Assembly (NCBI GenBank): GCA_031409335.1
Contig: JANNWY010000323.1
Coordinates: 1-29,615 of the forward strand
DNA: 29,615 nucleotides
Direction: 5' to 3'
DNA from: Chthoniobacteraceae bacterium
GTDB lineage: Bacteria > Verrucomicrobiota > Verrucomicrobiia > Chthoniobacterales > Chthoniobacteraceae
Shown here: positions 1 through 9,444 of the stretch, one piece after another
How positions within the stretch are numbered: position 1 is the first letter of the stretch
Layout: every line of letters begins with the position of its first letter
Position numbers and translations under genes: made by a program
The notes under the pieces: generated by a model
Databases searched by the model: none
What the model was told of the DNA's origin: nothing
What the model saw: only the letters and a program-made list of their open reading frames with translations

Positions 1-1
1 A

Positions 2-448
2 TTCGCCATTGCCGGTTTCAGCTCCAACACCCGCCGCTCCTGCCGCTTCACGCTGCTCAAGACCTTCACCGAGCCGTGGCTCACAACGCGCGGACGCCTC
101 GGCACCATCGAACCCTGCGGCTACACCCGCATCGGCCCCGCTTTGCGCCACGCGCAAGAACTGCTCGCCCGCGAACCAGCGCGGCGGAAAATCATCCTGC
201 TCATCACCGACGGACGCCCCTGCGACTACGACCGCTACGAAGGCACCTACGGCATCAAGGACGTGAAGAAAGCCATCGAAACCGGCCGCCAAAACGGCAT
301 CCAGACCCACGCCTTCGCCGTCGAGAAACAGGCCGCCGAATATTTCCCCGCCATGTTCACCCAGCACAGCTACGACATCGTCCCCAACCCCGCCCGCCTC
401 ACCGAAACCATGTGCGTGCTCTTCGCCCGCCTGCTGCGCGGAGAGTAG
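2..448 (+). CDS. norD: Nitric oxide reductase activation protein NorD (vWA domain, CbbO/NorD family), C-terminal part; 5' end outside window
   Basis: Frame open from base 2: FAIAGFSSNTRR...GYTRIGPALRHA...LLITDGRPCDYDRYEGTYGIKDVKKAIE, the typical NorD/CbbO vWA C-terminus; nirK and a Dnr-like gene nearby. Confidence 0.85.
   Translation, partial: FAIAGFSSNTRRSCRFTLLKTFTEPWLTTRGRLGTIEPCGYTRIGPALRHAQELLAREPARRKIILLITDGRPCDYDRYEGTYGIKDVKKAIETGRQNGIQTHAFAVEKQAAEYFPAMFTQHSYDIVPNPARLTETMCVLFARLLRGE
245..448 (+). repeat. Direct repeat copy 1 (norD 3' end, 204 bp); partner at 9241-9444
   Basis: Manual ungapped alignment gives 21 mismatches in 204 nt. Confidence 0.95.
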
Positions 449-487
449 GCGGTTACGGCTTCCTTGCGAATCGCCGTTAGCGCTCGC

Positions 488-3382
488 CTAGATCTGGACG
501 TCAGGTTGCCCCGGCTCGGCTCCCTCGATCACTTCCTTCATCGTGGCGCTCAGGGCGGCGATGGTGAAGGGCTTTTGCAGGAAACTCGCGAGGCCTTTGC
601 CGGGAAAACGCAGCAGCGCTTCCTGCGCATTGAAGCCGCTCATCAGCACCACGCGCACGTCGGGGCGCAGGCGGCGCAGTTCGGCGAAGGTTTGCTCGCC
701 ATCCATGTGCGGCATGGTGAGATCCAGCAGCACCAGCGCGAAGCGCTCGGGCTGGGCGCGGAAAACTTCGACCGCCTCCCGACCGTCGGGGACCAGCACG
801 GGATCGAGCCCGATGATGCGCATCATCCGCGCGACCGTGCTCCGCATCGTCTCCTCGTCATCCACGACGAGCACCGTCCCCTGCCCCTGCCAATCCAGGC
901 TGCCCGCCGGACGCGACACGGCCGTTTCACTGGCACCGGCTGCCGCCGGAAAGAGCAGCTTGAAAGTCGTCCCGCGGCCCAACTCGGAGTAAACCTTCAT
1001 CGCCCCCTTGTGCCCCCGGACGATGCCGAGCACCGCCGCGAGGCCGAGCCCCCGGCCGGTGAACTTCGTCGTGAAAAAGGGATCGAAAATCCGCGCCTGC
1101 GTTTCCGCGCTCATCCCCGAGCCGCTGTCGGAAACTTCGAGGAAAACGTAGTCGCCCTCCGACAGGTCGGGATCCATGAGGGTACCCCGGAGGTAGTCGC
1201 GATCGACGCGGGTGAGGCCGGTGGAAATGCTGATCACGCCGCTCACATCCCCGATCGCTTCGGAGGCATTGATCACGAGGTTCATGATGACCTGCCGGAT
1301 CTGCGTCGCGTCCGCCTCGATCGGCGGGAGATCTTTCTCGAGGCGGAACCGGAGCACGGCCTTTTTGCTGATCGAGATTTGCAGCATCTGCGCGGTCTGC
1401 TCGACGAGTTGCCCCAGATCGAGCTTCTGCACGACGAAGCGACCGCGGCCCGAGTATGCCAGCATCTGCTTGCAGAGGTCCGCAGCTCGCAGCGATGCCT
1501 CGGTGATTTGTTCGAGGCAGTCCTGCACAGACGAGCCGGGAGGCAACTCGCTTTGCGCGATGCTCGCGTTGCCGAGGATCGCGGTGAGCAGGTTGTTAAA
1601 ATCGTGCGCGATGCCGCCGGCGAGCACGCCGAGACTTTCGAGCTTTTGTGTTTCCTGCACCTTCCGGTCCAGTTGCTCGCGCTCGGCATGGGCTTGTTGG
1701 GCTGCGGTGATGTCCTGAAATGCGCCAACGAGACGGACCGCCTTGCCGTCTTCCCAGACGGCGATCCCGTGCGCCCGGACCCAGATGGATCGTCCCTTGG
1801 CGGTGATCAATGGCAATTCAAAATCCCACGGCGTCCCGTGTTCGATTCCCGCTTGCACCGCGGCCCGGATACTTGGCCGGGCCTCCGGCGCGTAAAAGTT
1901 GATCGCATCGTCGAGCGTGGGTGCCACAAGGGGCTCGACCTCGTGGAGGCGACAGGTTTCCAGCGACCAGAAAAGCTGCATGGTCCGCAGGTCCAGTTCC
2001 CAGCCGCCGACCTTCGCAATTTCTCCGGTGCGCTCCAGCAGTTCCGTGGTGGTCGCGAGTGCCTGCTCCACGTTCTTGCGCTCGGTAATGTCGGTGTGCG
2101 TTCCCAACATGCGGAGCGGTTGCCCGTCAGGGGAGCGCGCGACGAGGCTGCCGAGTGAAAGAACCCAGATCCATCTCCCGTCCTTGGTACGCTGGCGAAA
2201 CTCGACGCGATAGTCATCCCGCCGACCGGCCACGTAGTCCGCATAAGCCGCGTAAACTCGCTCGCGATCGTCGGGATGGAGTCGCTCGCGCCAGGCGGCG
2301 TTGGTCTCGTGAAATTCCGCCGGATCGTAGCCGAGCATCAGCGCGTATTCCGGGCTGACGATGCAATCCCCGGTCTGGACGTTGAGATCATAGAGCCCCT
2401 GATGCGCCGCGGACATCGCCAGCCGCAGCCTCTCCTCGCTGTCGCGCAGCAGGCGTTCGGCTTTCTTGCGCTCGTGCTGTCTTGCGAAAAATAGCCCCGC
2501 CCCAAGCAGCAGAGCGATTGCGATGGGGCCGAGGTATTTCAGCAATTGCCGAAAGGTGACCTCACCCGCCTCGAACACGCCGAACCACTTTTCATACAAG
2601 GCGTCGTAAGCGCCGGAGGACTTGGCCACGGCAAGCCCTTCGTTGACCTTCGCAAGCAGCTCTGCGTTTCCCTTTTGCACAGCGAAGGAAAATTTCTGGG
2701 AGAAGCCAGCCTTGGCATCGAGTGCCTTGACGTTGCGAATCTTATGCTCCTGCAACGTCTGCAACCCGGCCAGCTTGCTGAGCAGCATGGCGTCGTGTTT
2801 TCCGGACGCGAGCAGCTTCAGGCCGTCCGCGGCGTTATCGACCGGCACGAGTTGCGGCCCCCACCCTTTGGAAACCGCATAGTCGTGCGCGAGATCGGCA
2901 TGAATGACGATGATTGACTTACCGGCGAGGTCCGTTTCCGAACCAATGCCCGACTCGCTTTTTCGCACAAATATCGCACCGTGGACGATCACGTGGGGAA
3001 CCGAGAAATCCGCGAACGCGCGGCGTTCGTCGGATTGCGCGAGATTGATCAGCACGTCGATTTTCCCGGCTTTGAACTCTTCGAGAATCTCCCGAAACGA
3101 GCGCACCCGGATCGTGTAGTTCAGTCCATTTTCCGCCGCGACCGCCTTCCAGAGATCGACTGTGAATCCACCCGCGGTCTCGTCCGACTGACCGGTGGCG
3201 AATGGCGGGTAGTCTTCTTCGCTGCCGACGATGAGCGGCTTGCCTGGCTCCGGTTGTGCGTGCGCCATTGCCAAAACCGCCAGCAGGAGAACCATCGCGA
3301 GCACGCGTCGCACGGGAGGAAACCAAGCGCCTATCAGCCGTGCCACAATCTCCCGCGCGCGGGGGTCAGAGGGTCCACTCAT
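488..3382 (-). CDS. Hybrid sensor histidine kinase: periplasmic solute-binding (PBPb) domain, TM, 2 PAS, HisKA/HATPase, receiver
   Basis: EEDYPPF (PBPb), PAS/PAC motifs (HTDITERK), H-box LAGGIAHDFNNLL, N-box QVIMNLVINASEA, FDPFFTTKFTGRGLGL, receiver LVVDDE/LLDLTMP/FLQKPF; start uncertain (ATG 3382 or TTG 3403). Confidence 0.93.
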   Translation of the reverse strand: MSGPSDPRAREIVARLIGAWFPPVRRVLAMVLLLAVLAMAHAQPEPGKPLIVGSEEDYPPFATGQSDETAGGFTVDLWKAVAAENGLNYTIRVRSFREILEEFKAGKIDVLINLAQSDERRAFADFSVPHVIVHGAIFVRKSESGIGSETDLAGKSIIVIHADLAHDYAVSKGWGPQLVPVDNAADGLKLLASGKHDAMLLSKLAGLQTLQEHKIRNVKALDAKAGFSQKFSFAVQKGNAELLAKVNEGLAVAKSSGAYDALYEKWFGVFEAGEVTFRQLLKYLGPIAIALLLGAGLFFARQHERKKAERLLRDSEERLRLAMSAAHQGLYDLNVQTGDCIVSPEYALMLGYDPAEFHETNAAWRERLHPDDRERVYAAYADYVAGRRDDYRVEFRQRTKDGRWIWVLSLGSLVARSPDGQPLRMLGTHTDITERKNVEQALATTTELLERTGEIAKVGGWELDLRTMQLFWSLETCRLHEVEPLVAPTLDDAINFYAPEARPSIRAAVQAGIEHGTPWDFELPLITAKGRSIWVRAHGIAVWEDGKAVRLVGAFQDITAAQQAHAEREQLDRKVQETQKLESLGVLAGGIAHDFNNLLTAILGNASIAQSELPPGSSVQDCLEQITEASLRAADLCKQMLAYSGRGRFVVQKLDLGQLVEQTAQMLQISISKKAVLRFRLEKDLPPIEADATQIRQVIMNLVINASEAIGDVSGVISISTGLTRVDRDYLRGTLMDPDLSEGDYVFLEVSDSGSGMSAETQARIFDPFFTTKFTGRGLGLAAVLGIVRGHKGAMKVYSELGRGTTFKLLFPAAAGASETAVSRPAGSLDWQGQGTVLVVDDEETMRSTVARMMRIIGLDPVLVPDGREAVEVFRAQPERFALVLLDLTMPHMDGEQTFAELRRLRPDVRVVLMSGFNAQEALLRFPGKGLASFLQKPFTIAALSATMKEVIEGAEPGQPDVQI
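529..1719. repeat. Kinase-receiver coding segment duplicated at 3469-4659 (constant 2940-bp offset)
   Basis: Ungapped match; 14 mismatches in 420 nt over 541-960, more divergent further from the stop codon. Confidence 0.93.
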
Positions 3383-3457
3383 GAGGGCGAGTTTGATGGT
3401 CAATTGGCAAAGGCAGTTACTGCGATTTTTTGCGATGGCGGCATCTGCGCGACCGCA

Positions 3458-6400
3458 TCAGGTTTCCAGCACTTCCTTCATCGTGGCGCTCAGGGCGGCG
3501 ATGGTGAAGGGCTTTTGCAGGAAACTCGCGAGGCCTTTGCCGGGGAAACGCAGCAGCGCTTCCTGCGCATTGAAGCCGCTCATCAGCACCACGCGCACGT
3601 CGGGGCGGAGGCGGCGCAGTTCGGTGAAGGTCTGCTCGCCGTCCATGTGCGGCATGGTGAGGTCGAGCAGCACCAGCGCGAAACGCTCGGGCTGGGCGCG
3701 GAAGACTTCGACCGCCTCCCGACCGTCGGCGACCAGCACGGGATCGAGCCCGATGATGCGCATCATCCGTGCGACCGTGCTCCGCATCGTCTCCTCGTCA
3801 TCCACGACGAGCACCGTCCCCTTCCCCTGCCAATCCAGGCTGCCCGCCGGACGCGACAAGGCCGTTTCACTGGCACCGGCGGCCGCCGGAAAGAGCAGCT
3901 TGAACGTCGTCCCGCGGCCCGGTTCGGAATAGACCTTCATCGCACCCTTGTGCCCGCGCACGATGCCGAGCACGGCGGCGAGCCCGAGCCCGCGTCCGGT
4001 GAATTTCGTGGTGAAAAACGGATCGAAAATCCGCGCCTGCGTTTCCGCGCTCATGCCGCAGCCGCTGTCGGAGACTTCGAGGAAAACGTAATCGCCTTCC
4101 GGCAAGTCGGGGTCCATCAGCGTGCCGTGGAGGTAATTCCGATCCACGCGCGTCAGGCCCGTGGAAAGACTGATGACGCCGCTTTGATCGCCAATGGCTT
4201 CGGACGCGTTGATCACCAAGTTCATGATGACCTGCCGAATCTGCGTCGCATCCACCTCGATCGGCGGCAGCCCCTTTTCCAGCCGATACCGGAGCACGGC
4301 CTTCTTGCTGATCGAGATTTGCAGCATCTGCGCGGTCTGCTCGACGAGCTGCCCGAGGTCGAGCTTCTGCACCACGAAACGCCCGCGTCCCGAGTAGGCG
4401 AGCATCTGCTTGCAAAGGTCCGCCGCGCGCAGCGAGGCCTCGTTGATCTGCTCGATGCAATCCTGCACGGACGAGCCCGGCGGCAGTTCCAGGGCCGCGA
4501 TGCTGGCATTGCCGAGGATGCTGGTCAGGAGGTTGTTAAAATCGTGCGCAATTCCCCCGGCGAGCACGCCGAGACTTTCGAGCTTCTGCGTCTCCTGCAC
4601 TTTCCTATCCAGCTTCTCGCGCTCGATCCCCGCCTGCCGCCGCTCGGTGATGTCCTGAATGAAGCCGTCGATGAAGATCAGGGCGCCATCGGGGGCATAG
4701 ACGCCGGAGGCGCGCTCGGAGACCCAGCGCTCGCGCCCATGCCGGTCGAGCATGCGATACTCGTTCTGACACGGCGTGCGGAGTTCGAGCGAGGCCTGAC
4801 ACTTGGCCCAGAGCCAGTCACGATCGTCCGGGTGGACGAGGTCGCCGTAGGCGATGACGCGGTTCTTTTCCAGCTCGTCGCGCTGGTAGCCGGTGAGGTC
4901 CTCGCAGCCCTCGCTCACGTAAGTCATCGTCCAGTTCGCGTCGTTCCGGCAGCGGTAGGCCATGCCGGGAAGATTGCTGACCAGCGTTTGCAGCCGGACC
5001 TGGCTTTCCTCCAGGGAGTGCAGCAATCGGGCGCGCTCCTCCTCGGCCCGCTTGCGCTCGGTGATGTCCACATTCGTTCCGACATACCCGATCACTTTGT
5101 CATCCGCGGCGAGGATGGGCGCGGCCGTTCCGTACACCCAGGTCACGCGGCCCGCTCGGTCATCGAAGCGATACTCGAAACCCCAAGTCCCCTCGCTCTC
5201 CACCGATGTCTTCCATTGTTCACTGATCGATGCCCGGTCTTCCTCGTGCAGGGCCTTCAACCAGCCCTGGCCCGCCGCTTCCGCCGGCGTCATGCCTGCG
5301 GCCTCGCACCACCGTCGGTTCACATAGATGCAGTCCCCATTCGGATCGGTGAGGTAGATGAGGACCGGGGCACTCTCCGTCAGCGTGCGGAATTGCGCCT
5401 CGCTCTGGCGCAGCGCCGCATCGGCTCGTCTGCGTTCGGTGATGTCTTTCACCGTCGCGCAGTAGCTGCGCACACTGCCATCCTGGTTCCGGACCGCCGA
5501 CGGGCTGACGATGACCGGAAAGCGCTCCCCGTTCTGGCGCATGAAGGTCAGCTCGAAATCAGCAATCCTGCCGTTCATGGTCTCACTCAGGGCGGCCTGA
5601 ATCCGCTCATGTTCCTCCGGTGGCCAGTAGGGATAGGGAGGCCGGGTGCCGATGAGTGCCTCGCGGGAAAAACCCGTCATGCGGCAAAAGGCCGGGTTGA
5701 CGCCCGCCTGCCCCCCGTCCGCGTCCAGCACGGAGAAACCATCCTGCATGGAGCCGATCAAATTCTTGGTGAACTCCGCCGCGACGTGCCGCGCCTCCTC
5801 GGCTTTCTTGCTTTCCGAAATGTCGAAAACGAGCACGAAGAAACCGGTGACCGCGCCGCCTTCGCCGCGACGGGGAACATATTGCACATCGAACCAATAG
5901 GACCTCCCATCTGGACCGGTCGGATGGGACTGGTAGCGCACCGTTTGCCCGCTGAGCGCGACGCGAATGTGCGGCTGCATCTCCGCGTAGGCATCGGCAG
6001 GCTGCACGTCGGAGAGGCGCTGGCCGATGAGCCGTTCGGCAGGCAGGCCGAAGTATTGCTCGTAACTCTTGTTCACCAGCCGGTAGCGCTCATCCGCATC
6101 GACGAACGAGATGTACGCGGGGACTGTATTGATGAAGAGCTGCAGCGTTGCGAGACTGCGCTCCAGCTCCGCGGCGGCCTCCCGCCGCTCGGTGACATCG
6201 CGTGTGATCCCGAGTACGCCTATGATCTCCCGCTGGCCGTTCCGGTAGGGCACCGCGTGCGTCTCCATCCAGCGACGCGAACCCTTCAGCCCCACGATGG
6301 CAAATTCACAGCGGCCATGTTCACCGCGCATCACCCGCCGGTGCATCTCGACAAAAGCGGGACGATCCTCTGGCACAACGAGATCGCTGACTGCGCAGTT

Positions 6401-7777
6401 GCGCACTTCATCAAATGACTCGGCTTCGATCATGTCGAGCCCCGCCGGGTTCATCTCGAGCAGCCGGCCCTCCGGCGAAAGAAGCTTCACGCATTCCGGC
6501 TCCAGCGCGACGATCAGTCGGAGATGCTCCTCACTTTGCTGCAGCGCGAACTCCGCCTTCTTGCGTTGCGTGACATCACGCTGGATACCGAGGAACCCGG
6601 TCGTCACGCCGCGCTGATCATGCACGGGCGAAATGAGCAGCGCATTCCAGAATGTCGTCCCGTCCTTGCGATAATTCAGAATCTCCCCGTCGAAGTAACC
6701 CTCTCCGTGCAGCGCCGCTTTCAGCTTTTTCACAACCTCCGCATCGGTGTCTGGTCCTTGGAGAATGGCGCAGCTTTTTCCCAATAACTCCCCCTCTGTG
6801 TAACCGGTAAGCCGCGTGAAGCCTTGATTCGCGTAAGTGATGTTCCGATCGAGCCCGGCGAGAAGCACGCCAAGCGAGACATCGGTGAGCGCCTGCTCGA
6901 AAAGGTGCTGGACGCCGGTCGCCTGCGCGCGCGCCGTTTCCACGGCGGTGATCAGCCAGCCGAGCGCCGCGCTGGTCGCCATGTAGATCCAGAGCACGAC
7001 GACCCCCTCCATCGGGTTCACCCGAAAAAACGGACCGCGCCCCGTCGCCGTGCCGTAGGCCGCGCCCACCGCGAGCACGATGACCGCGAGCGACGTGCCC
7101 GCCCCGCCAAAGCGCAGCGTCCCCCAGACCAGGAACGGGAGCGGTAGAAAGGCCAGCGCCCACGGCTGGCCATCCGATCCGTGGTTGAAGACAAAAACGC
7201 CCCACGTCACCGCGCACGTCACGCCGAGCCAGGCGACAAATTCCGCGCCTCGGCGGAGGATCACGCGATGCTCATCACTGACGAACGCGAACACGAGCGG
7301 CGCGGCCAGGATGACACCCATCGCATCGCCCGCCCACCACGTGAGCCACGCGGCCAACCGACCCTCCCGCAAGATCCCCCCGAGCGAAAGCGCCGCCACG
7401 CCGAGGCTCGATGAAATCAGCATCCCGAGCACCGCTGCTCCCGCGAGCAGGAGGATGTCGCGAGACCGATCGAAGGCCGGATGAAAGCCCACCCGCCGTA
7501 GCGTCCACGCGGCGACGATGGGCGCGAGGGTATTTCCCACCGCGATCCCGAGCACCACCGGCAACGGAGTGCCGATAGCCAGATTCGCCGCGATCCCGCC
7601 GAGCGTGAGGCCCGGCCAGACGCGGAAGCCCCACCGGAACAGCACCGCCACGGCAATCCCCGTGGGCATCCAGATGAGCGTGATCGTCGAGCCGAAGGCC
7701 GGCAGCCTCATGCCCAGCCACCCCGTGCAAAAAATTGCGAGCGCGAGCAGGAAGATGACGGATGCAGATTTTCGCAT
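3458..7777 (-). CDS. Hybrid sensor histidine kinase: MASE1 membrane domain, about 6 PAS/PAC, HisKA/HATPase, receiver
   Basis: MASE1 motifs (IWMPTGIA, WWAGDAMG), repeated D(I/V)TERK/R PAC ends, first PAS LOV-like (KSCAILQGPDTD...NYRKDGTTFWN), same H/N/G boxes and receiver as 488-3382. Confidence 0.93.
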   Translation of the reverse strand: MRKSASVIFLLALAIFCTGWLGMRLPAFGSTITLIWMPTGIAVAVLFRWGFRVWPGLTLGGIAANLAIGTPLPVVLGIAVGNTLAPIVAAWTLRRVGFHPAFDRSRDILLLAGAAVLGMLISSSLGVAALSLGGILREGRLAAWLTWWAGDAMGVILAAPLVFAFVSDEHRVILRRGAEFVAWLGVTCAVTWGVFVFNHGSDGQPWALAFLPLPFLVWGTLRFGGAGTSLAVIVLAVGAAYGTATGRGPFFRVNPMEGVVVLWIYMATSAALGWLITAVETARAQATGVQHLFEQALTDVSLGVLLAGLDRNITYANQGFTRLTGYTEGELLGKSCAILQGPDTDAEVVKKLKAALHGEGYFDGEILNYRKDGTTFWNALLISPVHDQRGVTTGFLGIQRDVTQRKKAEFALQQSEEHLRLIVALEPECVKLLSPEGRLLEMNPAGLDMIEAESFDEVRNCAVSDLVVPEDRPAFVEMHRRVMRGEHGRCEFAIVGLKGSRRWMETHAVPYRNGQREIIGVLGITRDVTERREAAAELERSLATLQLFINTVPAYISFVDADERYRLVNKSYEQYFGLPAERLIGQRLSDVQPADAYAEMQPHIRVALSGQTVRYQSHPTGPDGRSYWFDVQYVPRRGEGGAVTGFFVLVFDISESKKAEEARHVAAEFTKNLIGSMQDGFSVLDADGGQAGVNPAFCRMTGFSREALIGTRPPYPYWPPEEHERIQAALSETMNGRIADFELTFMRQNGERFPVIVSPSAVRNQDGSVRSYCATVKDITERRRADAALRQSEAQFRTLTESAPVLIYLTDPNGDCIYVNRRWCEAAGMTPAEAAGQGWLKALHEEDRASISEQWKTSVESEGTWGFEYRFDDRAGRVTWVYGTAAPILAADDKVIGYVGTNVDITERKRAEEERARLLHSLEESQVRLQTLVSNLPGMAYRCRNDANWTMTYVSEGCEDLTGYQRDELEKNRVIAYGDLVHPDDRDWLWAKCQASLELRTPCQNEYRMLDRHGRERWVSERASGVYAPDGALIFIDGFIQDITERRQAGIEREKLDRKVQETQKLESLGVLAGGIAHDFNNLLTSILGNASIAALELPPGSSVQDCIEQINEASLRAADLCKQMLAYSGRGRFVVQKLDLGQLVEQTAQMLQISISKKAVLRYRLEKGLPPIEVDATQIRQVIMNLVINASEAIGDQSGVISLSTGLTRVDRNYLHGTLMDPDLPEGDYVFLEVSDSGCGMSAETQARIFDPFFTTKFTGRGLGLAAVLGIVRGHKGAMKVYSEPGRGTTFKLLFPAAAGASETALSRPAGSLDWQGKGTVLVVDDEETMRSTVARMMRIIGLDPVLVADGREAVEVFRAQPERFALVLLDLTMPHMDGEQTFTELRRLRPDVRVVLMSGFNAQEALLRFPGKGLASFLQKPFTIAALSATMKEVLET
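3469..4659. repeat. Second copy of kinase-receiver coding segment (partner 529-1719)
   Basis: Direct sequence comparison. Confidence 0.93.
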
Positions 7778-7922
7778 GGATTAACGCACGATGGGCAGCG
7801 GCGGAAAACCGCAAAGCACCGAACCCTCTAGCAGCCAATTCTCAGAATGGACAAGGAACAACTTCGCACCCACGATCGTGCGATCCGCCCCCGAGATGAC
7901 ACCGCGGAGCATCATTGTCCGT

Positions 7923-7936
7923 TTGATGTGGATCAA
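7923..7936. promoter_or_regulatory. FNR/DNR-type binding box TTGATgtggATCAA (perfect consensus)
   Basis: Exact TTGAT-N4-ATCAA in the divergent intergenic region upstream of the globin gene. Confidence 0.8.
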
Positions 7937-8002
7937 GGGTTTGCCAAGTTCCCAGCCTTGCGCGCTCGCGATCTCGCCGGCTGCAGCTACCTGTTTGAGC
8001 GA

Positions 8003-8479
8003 ATGAATAACACCTCCGCCAAACGCCCGGACCTCACCGGTCGCGCCGACATCGAGCGCCTCGTGAACGCTTTCTACGACACGATCCGCGGCGATGAGAT
8101 GCTCGGCTTCATCTTCAACGACGTGGCGAAGACCGACTGGGCCGCGCATCTGCCGAAGATGTATGCGTTTTGGGAGACCATGATTTTCCGCGCGGGCACC
8201 TATGTCGGGAATCCGCTCGCCGCGCACGCCCGGCTCGTGCCGCTGACCACGATGGGCCGCCCGCAGTTCGACCGCTGGCTCGCGATCTTCACCGCCACGG
8301 TGGACGGGCTTTTCGCCGGCGAAAAAGCGGAGCACATCAAGAGCGCAGCCGCCGACATGGCGAACGTCATCCACGCGAAGATCAACGGTGTCGAGCAGGA
8401 GCGTTACGATTACTCGCAACTCACGCCTGAGCAGCGCGCGCGCTACGCGAGCTATAAGCCCAAGGTCGTGACGCACTGA
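8003..8479 (+). CDS. Group III (2/2) truncated hemoglobin
   Basis: DIERLVNAFYDTIRGDEMLGFIF...DWAAHLPKMYAFWE...YVGNPLAAH...FDRWLAIF pattern; ATG 8003 preferred over 7847 because the FNR box lies within the longer ORF. Confidence 0.9.
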   Translation: MNNTSAKRPDLTGRADIERLVNAFYDTIRGDEMLGFIFNDVAKTDWAAHLPKMYAFWETMIFRAGTYVGNPLAAHARLVPLTTMGRPQFDRWLAIFTATVDGLFAGEKAEHIKSAAADMANVIHAKINGVEQERYDYSQLTPEQRARYASYKPKVVTH

Positions 8480-8484
8480 CGCCG

Positions 8485-9147
8485 ATGGACGACGACAAAC
8501 CGGATGTTGCGGCACTCGCCGCGATGCGCGCGGATTACAGCCGGGCGCGTCTGCGGCGCGTTGACTTGCGCGCCGATCCGATCGCCCAATTCGAGGCATG
8601 GCTGGCGAATGCGATGCACGCGCAACTCACTGAGCCGAACGCGATGAGCCTAGCGACCGCGACCGCCGATGGACGTCCGCTGGTGCGCACCGTTTTGCTA
8701 AAAGGACTCGATGCGCGCGGCTTCGTATTTTTCACCAATCTGGAGAGCCGCAAAGCGCGCCACATCGCCGGGAACCCGCGTGTTTCCTTGCTCTTCCCGT
8801 GGCTGCCGCTGGAGCGGCAGGTGATCGTGACCGGCGAGGCGGCGAAGATTTCCGTGGCCGAGTCGCTGAAATATTTCCTCGCGCGCCCGCACGACAGCCA
8901 GCTTGCGGCGTGGGCTTCGCGGCAGAGCACCGTCATTGCATCGCGCAAGATGCTCGAGATGGAATGGGAGCATCTCAAGGCGAAGTTCAGCGCCGGGAAA
9001 GTGCCGCTGCCGTCGTTCTGGGGCGGTTTCCGGGTGAAGCCGGAGACGATCGAATTCTGGCAGGGCGGTCCGAACCGGCTGCACGACCGCTTTCAATACA
9101 CGCGGCAAACCGATGACTCGTGGCGGATCGAGCGGCTCGCGCCGTAG
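8485..9147 (+). CDS. pdxH: Pyridoxine/pyridoxamine 5'-phosphate oxidase
   Basis: MRADY, EPNAMSLATA, RTVLLKG, FFTNLESRK, WASRQS, WGGFRVKPETIEFWQGGPNRLHDR, WRIERLAP. Confidence 0.93.
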   Translation: MDDDKPDVAALAAMRADYSRARLRRVDLRADPIAQFEAWLANAMHAQLTEPNAMSLATATADGRPLVRTVLLKGLDARGFVFFTNLESRKARHIAGNPRVSLLFPWLPLERQVIVTGEAAKISVAESLKYFLARPHDSQLAAWASRQSTVIASRKMLEMEWEHLKAKFSAGKVPLPSFWGGFRVKPETIEFWQGGPNRLHDRFQYTRQTDDSWRIERLAP

Positions 9148-9240
9148 CGCGCTCGCGTCAGATTGCGGGATCGGCGGGGAGATCGGTGCCAGGACAGAAT
9201 CCGTTGATCGAGGCGAGGCGAGGCGGAGTAGGCGAAAAAA

Positions 9241-9444
9241 ACCTATGGCATCAAGGACGTGAAGAGGGCCATCGAGACCGGTCGCCGGAACGGCATCCAG
9301 ACCCACGCCTTCGCTGTCGAGAAACAAGCCGCCGAATACTTCCCCGCGATGTTCACCCAGCACAGCTACGACATCGTCCCCAATCCCGCGCGCCTCACCG
9401 AAACGATGTGCAGCCTCTTCGCCCGGCTGCTGCGCGGCGCTTAG
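9241..9444 (+). pseudogene. norD: Orphan second copy of the last 67 codons plus stop of norD (repeat copy 2)
   Basis: About 90% identical to 245-448; similarity starts abruptly after an A-run at 9235-9240; no upstream norD sequence. Confidence 0.9.

Noticed and set aside
529..4659. Diversity-generating retroelement template/variable repeats (also considered for the norD and nirK repeats)
   Set aside because: Mismatches are mostly synonymous, not adenine-specific, and there is no reverse transcriptase; the FGE-fold gene at 22771-23553 has no visible template repeat
2981..6418. 1145-aa plus-strand ORF (also 464-2158, 9120-10769, 14133-15605, 19334-20470)
   Set aside because: Antisense shadows of well-supported minus-strand genes, common in high-GC DNA; no recognisable motifs
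7847..8002. N-terminal extensions in the ORF track (globin from 7847; also nirK 10815, porin 21243, SCO 23052, ATPase 13700, SBP 15755, GMC 18547)
   Set aside because: They overlap regulatory boxes or neighbouring genes; downstream ATGs give proper signal peptides or domain starts
9210..9226. Short GAGGC tandem repeat next to the norD-remnant junction
   Set aside because: Three 5-bp units in GC-rich DNA are not significant, and there is no counterpart at the nirK junction
245..9444. Prophage/ICE with classical attL/attR
   Set aside because: No integrase, phage or conjugation genes; repeats are long and diverged rather than short and identical (action in trans not excluded)
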